From assembly GCA_959608885.1 (NCBI GenBank), contig CAUHSG010000001.1, positions 76,112 to 140,111 of the forward strand: a DNA stretch of 64,000 nt. Reading direction: 5' to 3'. Position 1 is the first letter of the stretch. Each line of letters begins with the position of its first letter. This stretch comes from an uncultured Coriobacteriia bacterium (lineage in GTDB: Bacteria; Actinomycetota; Coriobacteriia; Coriobacteriales; QAMH01). Below the pieces are notes generated by a model. It saw nothing but the letters and a program-made list of their open reading frames with translations. It ran no database searches and had not been told where the DNA came from. Positions 9,852 through 19,802 of the stretch are shown in pieces. The translations under genes were made by a program, and so were the position numbers.

Positions 9852-9884
9852 AAACGGAGCTACCTAGAACTATCTGGGCCGATT
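9808..9884 (-). pseudogene. tRNA-Asp-like pseudogene; the acceptor stem cannot pair
   Basis: The minus strand reads GGCCCAG-AT-AGTT-CTAGGT-AGCT-CCGTT-TTGTCAC-GCCGG-AGGTC-GCGAG-TTCAAGT-CTCGT-ACATCCC-G-CCA. The D arm, anticodon arm (with one mismatch) and T arm are recognisable. However, the 5' acceptor GGCCCAG pairs with the 3' strand ACATCCC at only 2 of 7 positions. Confidence 0.4.
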
Positions 9885-9903
9885 CCGATTTCTTTCTACA
9901 GTT

Positions 9904-9984
9904 TTCTGAATTCGCTCCGAATTTACTCCGAACTCACTTCGCGTCCACCCCGAAAACGTACAGGTTCTCGGGGTGGTTTGCTCG
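9904..9984 (+). promoter_or_regulatory. Conserved upstream module, copy A (phased heptamers plus 28-mer), upstream of the surface-protein gene
   Basis: TTCTGAA (9904), CTCCGAA (9915) and CTCCGAA (9926) have 11-bp start-to-start spacing. They are followed by TCACTTCGC (9934-9942) and the 28-mer CGTACAGGTTCTCGGGGTGGTTTGCTCG (9957-9984). The 28-mer matches the minus strand of 15941-15968 at 26 of 28 positions. Confidence 0.4.
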
Positions 9985-10074
9985 TACGTCCGCGAGCTAG
10001 CCTTGTCGTCGCTTCGCTAGAGCCATACACGCGCTGGCGAAGAGGACCACCCGACCGCTCGAAAGGACGCGTGT

Positions 10075-12675
10075 ATGAAAACATGTAGACACTTATCCCG
10101 TTCCGGCTGGCGTAACTCCGCCATCATGATTGCAACGCTCATATTCGCCACTGCATTTTGCATCCCGGCGTTTTCGGCTTCCCCGTCTGCGGCAAGCGAT
10201 GAGGGATACATCGAGCTCGACTACACGAGCGAGCTTCCGAACCTAAGCGATGCCAACGCGCTCTACTCTCTTGCTGATGCCCACTTCGGCGTGTATGTGG
10301 ACTATCAATGCACCCAAAGGGCTGGCGAGCTCGTAACCGACGAAGATGGTCGTGCGACCTCCTCTCCCCTTCCCGCCGGTCGTTACTTCATCAAGGAGGA
10401 GCTTGCCTCACCGGGTTTTGCGTTGTCGGCCCAGCTCTACCAAGTCGATGTCACGATTGGCGCAAGCGCGACTATCGAGACAAGCGCGATGCCAGGCTTT
10501 AGCACCCCTGATGTGCTCGTCCGGGAAGTCAACTCCGAGACAGGCAATCCCGCCGGTGTCGCCGCCGCGCATCTGGGCGGAGCGAGTTACACCATCTCCT
10601 ACTACGACAACTTCGATGATGACAACGTGCTCGCAGGTCCTACCCGCAGCTGGACCTTCACATCAGATGACAAGGGCGAAGTGCACCTCGCCCGCGAGTA
10701 CCTAGCTGGTGGGTCACCCCTCTATGAAGGGCCTCATGAGACGCTTGTCCTGCCCCTCGGCCATTACACGGTGACGATTGACCACGCTCCCGTCGGCTTC
10801 ATACCCATCAGCAATGTATTGAGCTGCGATATTCAGCAGCAGTCGAGAATGGAAATCGAGCCACTGGTCGGCTTCGAGCCATTCGAGGAGAGCCTACAAG
10901 TGATGCGCGGTGACTTCATGTTCAGGAAAACAGACGAAAACGGCATTGCGCTTGCGAACGTGCCCTTCCTTCTCTCGTACGCCAACGGCGAAGACGATGG
11001 ACATGTCGAGAGCCATGTCATCGTCACGAACGAGTACGGCGACTATTCCTCGACCACGGCTCGCATAGGACACGGCATGAACACGAACGCGAACGACGCC
11101 GCGATACTTGCGCATGTCGACGGGACTTACAAGCTTGACGAGAGCAAGCTCACGAACATGGCGGGAACCTGGTTCTCGATGGACGCAAGTGGCATGCGCT
11201 GCAATCCCGACGACACGCGCGCCGCCCTCCCCTATGGTTCCTACGTACTGCAGGAGCTCCCCTGCGCTGTTAACGAGGGCATGAACCTCGTCACGACGCA
11301 GTTCTCGATAAACCGCGACGGATTCACCGTCAAACTCGACAACATCATCGACACGCGCCCGGCAATTACGGGATCTGCCGTCGACGCGCAAGATGCCGAC
11401 AAGCTCATCCGTCCCATGAAGAACGCTCTCGTAAACGAGAGCGTGGGCTATCAAAACCTCATCGTCGGCAAGAGCTATCGCATCAACTGCACGGCACAGG
11501 TCCAGAGCACGGGCGAGAGCGTATCGGGGCCCGACGGCTCACCTGCCTTCGCGTCCGTCGAACTCACACCCGGACAGGCGAATGGCAGGATCGAGCTGGA
11601 TATTCTGCTCGACACCTCCGAACTTGCGGGCGAGAGCATTGTGACGCACCTCGAGCTCGTCGCAAGCGATTGCATGGTCGTCACGTCCAATGGCGCCGAT
11701 GTCGCCGAGCAGACACTTGACGTCGAGCCCTTCATCACCGCAGTGGCACTCGACGCCACCGACCTCGATAACTATGTCATGGGCACGGATGCGACCATCC
11801 TGGAACGCATCAGCTATGACGGCCTCAAACCGGGGCGTGCGTATATGGCAAGCTGCACGCTCAACGACAAGGCGACGGGAAATGCCCTGCGCGATGCCCA
11901 AGGCAAGGCCATCACCGCGTGCGTTGAATTTACGCCCGATAGCACCGAAGGATCCGTCGACATGGAGCTTCCCGTCGACACGAGCGGCATCGCGGGTCAC
12001 GACATCGTCGCCTTCGACAAGCTCGTCGACGAAAACGGAGACGTGGTGGCAAACCATCAGGACATCGATGACGAGCTGCAGACCGTCAAGACCGTAAAAC
12101 TCAGCTCGAACGCAATCGACAAGGCCGACGGCGACAAGATCTTCGACGCGAACGCACAGGTCGTGACCATTACCGATACGGTCAATTACGCGAATCTCGT
12201 TCCAGGCGAGCAGTACGAGTTCAAGGGCGTGCTCATGGACAAGGAGACGGGCAGCGTTCTCAGCGAAGACGGTGTTCCCATCCACGCTGTCGTGCCGTTC
12301 GTACCGCAGGAGGTATCAGGCTCGACAGACGTCGAGTACAGCTTTGATGCGAGCACGCAGCCAAGCCAGGTGCTCGTCGCCTTCGAGACGCTCGAACACG
12401 ATGGCAAGGTAATCGCCAAGCACACTGACCTCGAAGACGTCGCCCAGACGGTAACGAGCAGCGAAGTCGACCCAGACGCGGCACTCAATGCCCCGGCAGG
12501 CTCATCTGGGCTAAGCGGAAAGGGGGCAACCGTGCTTACCGGTGACTTCTGGGCGCGCGTGCTCCTCATGACACTCGCGATGCTTGCGGGAACGTGCATC
12601 TGCATCGCCTATGCCCTGCATCGTCGTAGAAAGACACTCGAGGCAATCGCCCATAGCGACGACCCGTTCGTGTGA
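10075..12675 (+). CDS. Large secreted surface protein: signal peptide, three SpaA/Cna-B-like (prealbumin-fold) domains, three VaFE-type repeats and a C-terminal membrane anchor
   Basis: 866-aa ORF with AAAGGA 8 nt before the ATG. N-terminal signal MKTCRHL...AFCIPAFSASPSAASDE. GxYxxxE..AxxGF motifs occur three times (GRYFIKEELASPGFAL, GHYTVTIDHAPVGFIP, GSYVLQELPCAVNEGMNL). Three ~121-aa repeats span aa 429-793 and carry IVAFDKL/LVAFETL and HxDxxDxxQTV motifs. The C-terminus is VLTGD, a hydrophobic stretch, then HRRRK. Confidence 0.85.
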   Translation: MKTCRHLSRSGWRNSAIMIATLIFATAFCIPAFSASPSAASDEGYIELDYTSELPNLSDANALYSLADAHFGVYVDYQCTQRAGELVTDEDGRATSSPLPAGRYFIKEELASPGFALSAQLYQVDVTIGASATIETSAMPGFSTPDVLVREVNSETGNPAGVAAAHLGGASYTISYYDNFDDDNVLAGPTRSWTFTSDDKGEVHLAREYLAGGSPLYEGPHETLVLPLGHYTVTIDHAPVGFIPISNVLSCDIQQQSRMEIEPLVGFEPFEESLQVMRGDFMFRKTDENGIALANVPFLLSYANGEDDGHVESHVIVTNEYGDYSSTTARIGHGMNTNANDAAILAHVDGTYKLDESKLTNMAGTWFSMDASGMRCNPDDTRAALPYGSYVLQELPCAVNEGMNLVTTQFSINRDGFTVKLDNIIDTRPAITGSAVDAQDADKLIRPMKNALVNESVGYQNLIVGKSYRINCTAQVQSTGESVSGPDGSPAFASVELTPGQANGRIELDILLDTSELAGESIVTHLELVASDCMVVTSNGADVAEQTLDVEPFITAVALDATDLDNYVMGTDATILERISYDGLKPGRAYMASCTLNDKATGNALRDAQGKAITACVEFTPDSTEGSVDMELPVDTSGIAGHDIVAFDKLVDENGDVVANHQDIDDELQTVKTVKLSSNAIDKADGDKIFDANAQVVTITDTVNYANLVPGEQYEFKGVLMDKETGSVLSEDGVPIHAVVPFVPQEVSGSTDVEYSFDASTQPSQVLVAFETLEHDGKVIAKHTDLEDVAQTVTSSEVDPDAALNAPAGSSGLSGKGATVLTGDFWARVLLMTLAMLAGTCICIAYALHRRRKTLEAIAHSDDPFV

Positions 12676-12684
12676 AGACAAGAA

Positions 12685-12707
12685 GGCCCCGCGCATCGCA
12701 CGGGGCC
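12685..12707. terminator. GC-rich hairpin between the convergent surface-protein gene and yebC (likely a bidirectional terminator)
   Basis: GGCCCCG-CGCATCGCA-CGGGGCC, a 7-bp GC stem, lies 10 nt after the stop at 12675. Confidence 0.55.
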
Positions 12708-12734
12708 TCCTCATGCTCATGTATGTGGTGAGGA

Positions 12735-13538
12735 TTATTCCTCGTCGAGAGCTGTGGCGATCTCGTCGGTAATGTCCATCGTGCTGTAGACGTTCTGGAC
12801 GTCATCGAACTCCTCAAGCTTGTCGATGAGGCGCTGCACCTTCTTGGCATCGGCAACGGAGACAGCCGTGGGATTGTTGGGCTCGAAGATGAGCTCGGCA
12901 CCCTTGACCTCGATGCCCTGCTCCTCGAGAGCACTGCGCACGGCCATGAGATCGCTGGGCTCGGTGAAGACAACCCACTCGTCATCGGCCTCTTCGTAAT
13001 CATCCGCTCCGGCCTCGATGACGGCCATTTCGAACTCGTCAGAATCGGCAGCCGCGCCGTTAGGGGCGGTCGGGTTCTTCTTATCGCCCGTCTCGATCTC
13101 CTTCAGGACGGTAATCTGACCCTTGCGGTCGAACATGTAGGCAACGGATCCGTTCGCACCCAGGTTGCCACCCGAATGGGAGAAGGCGCTGCGGACATCG
13201 GCTGCGGTACGATTGCGATTGTCCGTCAGGCACTCGACGTACACGCCAATGCCGGCGGGACCATAGCCTTCGTAGGTGACTTCCTCGAAATTGGCCGCAT
13301 CGGCGCCGGATCCGAACGCTTTGTCAATCGCCACCTTGATCTTGTCCTTGGGCATGGAATAGCCCTTGGCCTTGGCGATGGCGGCTGCCAAGGAAGCATT
13401 GTTCTCGGGATTGGGATCGCCGCCGGTCTTCGCTGCGACGGTAATGATACGGCTGAGCTTGGAGAACATCGCAGAGCGCTTGGAGTCCTGCGCCGCCTTG
13501 CGATGCTTGGTGGTTGCCCACTTGGAATGTCCGGACAT
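12735..13538 (-). CDS. yebC: YebC/PmpR family DNA-binding transcriptional regulator
   Basis: 267-aa ORF. MSGHSKWATTKHRKAAQDSKRSAMFSKL...GGDPNPENNASL is the family signature. Confidence 0.9.
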   Translation of the reverse strand: MSGHSKWATTKHRKAAQDSKRSAMFSKLSRIITVAAKTGGDPNPENNASLAAAIAKAKGYSMPKDKIKVAIDKAFGSGADAANFEEVTYEGYGPAGIGVYVECLTDNRNRTAADVRSAFSHSGGNLGANGSVAYMFDRKGQITVLKEIETGDKKNPTAPNGAAADSDEFEMAVIEAGADDYEEADDEWVVFTEPSDLMAVRSALEEQGIEVKGAELIFEPNNPTAVSVADAKKVQRLIDKLEEFDDVQNVYSTMDITDEIATALDEE

Positions 13539-13612
13539 GAATGAATCCTCTCGTGCTATTGGATTGACCGCAGTATTCTAACACTCCCGCATGGGTTCGT
13601 GTAGCGCCTAGC

Positions 13613-14437
13613 TCATGCGCTGTGCGATGGCTTGCCTCGCTGCGGGCGTTTGGCGACAGCGCACCAGACGAGCAAGACGATGCCGGCGATGATCATGGGC
13701 AGAGACAGAAGCTGACCCATCGTTCCCCAGGTACCGAAGAAGTAACCGATCTGCACGTCGGGAAGTCTCACGAACTCGATGAGAATGCGGAAGACGCCGT
13801 AGAGAAGCAGAAACATGCCGAGGAAGAAGCCCTGCGGTCGCGGTGGATTGTTCTTGCGGGAAAGAGCGAAGAGCACGAGGAAGATGACGAGACCCTCGAG
13901 GAGCGCCTCGTAGAGCTGCGAGGGATGGTACATGATTCCCGTACCGGTGAAGTCGACACCGACGGGCAGGCTCGTCGGGGCACCATAGAGTTCGCCGTTT
14001 ATAAAGTTCGCGCAACGTCCAAAAAGAAGACCGAGTGGCACGCCACAGGAGACAAGATCAGCAAGGGTGAAGAAGGGGATCTTATAGGCGATCGAATAGA
14101 GTATGCCGGCAATGACGATGCCGACGAGTCCACCGTGAAAGGACATCCCGCCATTGTTGAGGGCAAGTATCTCTAGAGGATTCGCGAGGTAATAGCCATC
14201 ACCATAGACAAGACAATACCCGAGTCTCGCGCCGATGATGACACCGAACGCGCAGTAGCAGACAAAGACGAGGACATCATAGCCAGAGAAATTGAGCTTC
14301 CAGCGCTTGGCATAAAAGTAGACGACGAGACCCGCGAGAATAAAGCCCAAGACATAGGCCAGCCCATACCATCGCACGGAAAGCGGGCCGACGGTGACGA
14401 GAACCGGATCGATAAACTGGTAGATGTCGTTTAGCAT
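13613..14437 (-). CDS. lgt: Prolipoprotein diacylglyceryl transferase
   Basis: 274-aa polytopic membrane ORF with YGLAYVLGF, GGMSFHGGL and GRCANFINGELYG motifs. Confidence 0.9.
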   Translation of the reverse strand: MLNDIYQFIDPVLVTVGPLSVRWYGLAYVLGFILAGLVVYFYAKRWKLNFSGYDVLVFVCYCAFGVIIGARLGYCLVYGDGYYLANPLEILALNNGGMSFHGGLVGIVIAGILYSIAYKIPFFTLADLVSCGVPLGLLFGRCANFINGELYGAPTSLPVGVDFTGTGIMYHPSQLYEALLEGLVIFLVLFALSRKNNPPRPQGFFLGMFLLLYGVFRILIEFVRLPDVQIGYFFGTWGTMGQLLSLPMIIAGIVLLVWCAVAKRPQRGKPSHSA

Positions 14438-14468
14438 GCACGCATACTAGCATGAAAAGGCCGATAAC

Positions 14469-15875
14469 TCATGCGAAGCTGCTTACGAGCTCCATCTGGT
14501 CAATCACGGTCATGCTCCATGACGGCGATGAGCAATAGATGGCCCCGAGGGCGCTTACAGTTGGGGCCGTTGCAAGTCCGCTCCCAGACGTCGCCATTCC
14601 CTCATGCCATGCCTCAATCGCCTCTTCAAACGAACCCCATTCAGCGGCGAGCCCATAGGGGTCACTGTCGGCCGCTCCCCATCCCCAGGCATTACAAGGT
14701 CTGATGCAGCTCTGGCCACCGCTTGACTCCACAATGCCCACCGCGGCACACAGACGCGGGTCGATCTTATGCCGGTATGCCGAGATGGCCATCGTTCGCC
14801 CATAGCCCTGCAGTGGCATGGAACCTGCCGTCTTTGCACATGACTCGAAGTATTCATCGATGGCGCGGCCCCATATCTCGACGAACTCTTCCTCGCTAAT
14901 CGCAAAGTTCATTCCCTCGCCAAACGAAATGGCATCCGACACTCCCGCACGCGCATCAAGCTCGTCATACCAAAAGCCAACGGAGCTCTCCGCACCTGTC
15001 ACCGATGATGATGCAGAATCGATTGCGTCTAGGGCGACTTGCCGTACCGCGAGAAGCGAGGCGCTCCCCTCCTGCACATCGGGGATGGCCTGACGCATGT
15101 CGGCGACACACTGACGCAACTGCGCACAACATCGCTCGACTTCGTATGCGGCCTCGTTGACCGGACAAACAAGAAATTGCCTGTCAGATCGCACACGGGA
15201 ATCGTCGACCGCGTCAATCACCGCGCTTGCACGCAAGCGCCGCTCTTCCCGAAGCGTCTCACGCATGCGCTTGCCACTGGCGACCAGGAGACGCTCGAGC
15301 ATGTCCTGCCTGCGGCCGAGATCCCCGGGGGTGGCCGTACCCGCAACAATCGCCAGGGCATCATGATCCCCGCTTCTCATCATTTCGTCCTGAACGGCAT
15401 CAAGAAGGGCGAGCGTCTCCTTCCTCGACCGTTCGAGCCGAGCGACACGTGCTTCCGTTCCCTCATCTACCTTGCCTATCGCACCACGAGCCGCAATACC
15501 ACGCGCCGCCACGGCGCGCACAGCATCAAAGGCTGCCTTGGCCGCGTCAAGCGCGCGGCGGCCTTTGTCTAGCATCACACATCGTGCTTCGAGGGCCTCG
15601 ATAACCTGCCGCTCGTCTCGGGAAGGCTGTCCGGCATCGGCATCGTCCGTCGGCTCTGGCGGCATTTCGGATACGTCATCTCGTGCGTTCAAATCGTTCT
15701 TGTCTTGACCGTCATCTGCCTCGAGACCGGCATGCCCGTCGCTTCCCTCATCGGCCCAGGCACACGTTGCCGAAATGTGTCCCGTTGTGATGCCCGCGAC
15801 CAGAGCGAGCGCAAGCATACTCGCAAACAGCTCGCGCACACGCGCCAAGCGGGCATACGCTCCTGACTCCACCAT
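14469..15875 (-). CDS. Secreted or membrane-anchored coiled-coil protein with a C-terminal lysozyme-like (GH73/SLT-like) domain
   Basis: The track ORF extends to 16031, but its first 52 codons run over the conserved non-coding module. ATG 15875 (MVESGAYARL...) sits 8 nt after AAGGA and is followed by the signal-anchor LFASMLALALVAGITTGHISATCAWA. The C-terminus IDPRLCAAVGIVESSGGQ...NAWGWG resembles the ESGxG...FG catalytic region of glucosaminidase/lysozyme-fold enzymes. The functional call is tentative. Confidence 0.55.
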   Translation of the reverse strand: MVESGAYARLARVRELFASMLALALVAGITTGHISATCAWADEGSDGHAGLEADDGQDKNDLNARDDVSEMPPEPTDDADAGQPSRDERQVIEALEARCVMLDKGRRALDAAKAAFDAVRAVAARGIAARGAIGKVDEGTEARVARLERSRKETLALLDAVQDEMMRSGDHDALAIVAGTATPGDLGRRQDMLERLLVASGKRMRETLREERRLRASAVIDAVDDSRVRSDRQFLVCPVNEAAYEVERCCAQLRQCVADMRQAIPDVQEGSASLLAVRQVALDAIDSASSSVTGAESSVGFWYDELDARAGVSDAISFGEGMNFAISEEEFVEIWGRAIDEYFESCAKTAGSMPLQGYGRTMAISAYRHKIDPRLCAAVGIVESSGGQSCIRPCNAWGWGAADSDPYGLAAEWGSFEEAIEAWHEGMATSGSGLATAPTVSALGAIYCSSPSWSMTVIDQMELVSSFA

Positions 15876-15940
15876 GTCATTCATCCTTCGCATCCATCCG
15901 ACATGCGACCGTTGCATGCAAAGTATGCGAAAGAAGATTC

Positions 15941-16021
15941 CGAGCAAACCACCCCGAGAATCTGAACGAAACCAGACTGATTTCGGAGCAAAAACGGAGT
16001 GAAAGCGAAGTGAATTCGGAC
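15941..16021 (-). promoter_or_regulatory. Conserved upstream module, copy B, upstream of the lysozyme-like protein gene
   Basis: The minus strand has GTCCGAA (starting 16021), TCACTTCGC (16013-16005), CTCCGTT (15999) and CTCCGAA (15988), giving spacings of 22 and 11 nt. The 28-mer CGTTCAGATTCTCGGGGTGGTTTGCTCG follows at 15968-15941. Confidence 0.4.
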
Positions 16022-16168
16022 TCGTGAGCACTTCAACGCAGCTTCACTTTCATGATAAACTGAAGCCTACCCCGCAAGAATCAGTTTTCGCACATGAGCG
16101 ATGCGGAGATAAAGCGCAGCAAGCTCGCCGCAAAGGGATTCGTGCCAAGCAATGGCGGTGAGCGATAG

Positions 16169-16657
16169 ATGCTTGCAGGAGCCCGTTTCGTCGTCGACAC
16201 CAACGTACTCATCGATTATCTCATCGAGCGCAAACCTTTCAACGCCAAGGCCGAGCTCCTCATGGCACTTGGCTACATCAACGAATTCGAGCTCTGGATT
16301 GGCACGTCGCAGGTTTCGGACATCATCTACGCCATCACCGATGGCGGCAAGCCCTCACTCAGCGAATACGCCCAGGACACCATGACCGCCTTGAAGAAGA
16401 TGCTGCATATATACGCAACGGATGCCGAGGACTATGACAACGTAGCCCGTTGCTCCTTTGCTGACCTCGAAGATGCGTTCGTGTTCCAGACAGCGCTCAA
16501 GGTCAAAGCTGACGCCATCATTACGCGAGACAAATCCGGGTTTGCGCGCTCGTCCGTAAAGGTGTTCGACTGCGATGAGCTCTTCGATAGGCTCGCCAAG
16601 GAAAAGGGCATCGAGTACGCGAAGGTCTCAGATGCCTTCGACATTTACCCTGAGTAA
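16169..16657 (+). CDS. PIN-domain protein (VapC-like ribonuclease fold)
   Basis: 162-aa ORF with FVVDTNVLIDYL at the N-terminus. Acidic residues sit at the expected PIN positions (D in DTNV, E in the ELLMAL/EFELW region, D in LEDAFVFQTA, D in IITRD). Confidence 0.8.
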   Translation: MLAGARFVVDTNVLIDYLIERKPFNAKAELLMALGYINEFELWIGTSQVSDIIYAITDGGKPSLSEYAQDTMTALKKMLHIYATDAEDYDNVARCSFADLEDAFVFQTALKVKADAIITRDKSGFARSSVKVFDCDELFDRLAKEKGIEYAKVSDAFDIYPE

Positions 16658-16670
16658 ACTCCCCATCATC

Positions 16671-18860
<2,190 letters not shown>

Positions 18861-18917
18861 TCACCTTTCCTCGTGGCTTCATCACATTGTTTCATCGAAC
18901 TCTACCAGAGCACCGTG

Positions 18918-19802
18918 TCACGTATTGGCATACAACGCCGCATGGCGCATGACATCGCGATCGACCTCGACGGGAAGCGCCATCGCATCGGCCCATATCT
19001 CGACCGATAGAGCTGCCTGCTCGACAAGCATCTCCAGTCCGTCCATGCAAGTCGCGCCACGTTGCCAGGCACCTGCGAGCAGCGCAGTCTCACCATGCCC
19101 GTAGACGGTATCGAGCACGACCTGCCCCTTGTGCAAAAGACTCGTATCGATAATTGCCTCGTCATCGGGATGCATGCCCCGTGGCGTGGCATCGACGATG
19201 ACATCGGCTTTGGGTACGAGCGTCTCTACCTGCGCGTAGCTCCTGCCATGCAGCACGCATGCCTCGTGGGGCTCGACGCTCGTACGTATGCGGTTCACGC
19301 ATGAAAGCGCTTTTGCCTCGTCACGCGAAAGCAACGTGACTTCGGAGGCTCCTGCTTGGGCAGATGCCGTGGCAATGGCAAGGGAGGTCGGGCCCGTCCC
19401 GCAGATGAGCACGCGCGCGCCCGTGAGCGGCGTATCAGTCATGCGCTCGATCGCCCGCACGGCACCAAGGCCATCGGTGTTGTACGCGCAGAGCTTGAGG
19501 TCCTCGTCACGCACGAGCACATTGGCGCCACCTGCGGCGATGACACCCGCATCGGCATAATCGGCACACGAGAAGGCGAGCTTCTTGTAGGGCATCGTGA
19601 TGTTCATGCCACGATAGCGTCCCGTGCGCACGAGGTCGATCTGATAGGCAGCCTCTTCCTCGTTCGCACAGCGCACCGCGCTGTAGTGCCAACGCGAAAA
19701 CGGCCACTTAACCTTGCCAAGCTCCTGGTAGAGCGCGTTGTGCATGACGGGAGAAAGCGAATGGGCCACCGGATCGCCAATGAGCACGAACTCCGGATTC
19801 AT
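18918..19802 (-). CDS. aroE: Shikimate dehydrogenase
   Basis: 294-aa ORF with GDPVAHSLSPVMHNALY, NITMPYK, NTDGLG and GTGPTSLAIA motifs. Confidence 0.85.
   Translation of the reverse strand: MNPEFVLIGDPVAHSLSPVMHNALYQELGKVKWPFSRWHYSAVRCANEEEAAYQIDLVRTGRYRGMNITMPYKKLAFSCADYADAGVIAAGGANVLVRDEDLKLCAYNTDGLGAVRAIERMTDTPLTGARVLICGTGPTSLAIATASAQAGASEVTLLSRDEAKALSCVNRIRTSVEPHEACVLHGRSYAQVETLVPKADVIVDATPRGMHPDDEAIIDTSLLHKGQVVLDTVYGHGETALLAGAWQRGATCMDGLEMLVEQAALSVEIWADAMALPVEVDRDVMRHAALYANT

Noticed and set aside
12532-12546. VLTGD as an LPXTG sortase motif
   Set aside because: It does not match LPXTG (there is no Pro), and the tail after the basic patch is unusually long. I describe it only as a membrane anchor of uncertain sorting type.
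15876-16031. N-terminal 52 codons of track ORF 14469..16031
   Set aside because: This stretch coincides with the conserved non-coding module shared with the adhesin promoter region. A good RBS precedes the internal ATG at 15875.
16094-16168. The 24-codon ORF as a bona fide VapB-type antitoxin
   Set aside because: It is too short for any known antitoxin DNA-binding fold, and an in-frame stop lies ten codons upstream of its ATG. I kept it only as a question inside the PIN finding.
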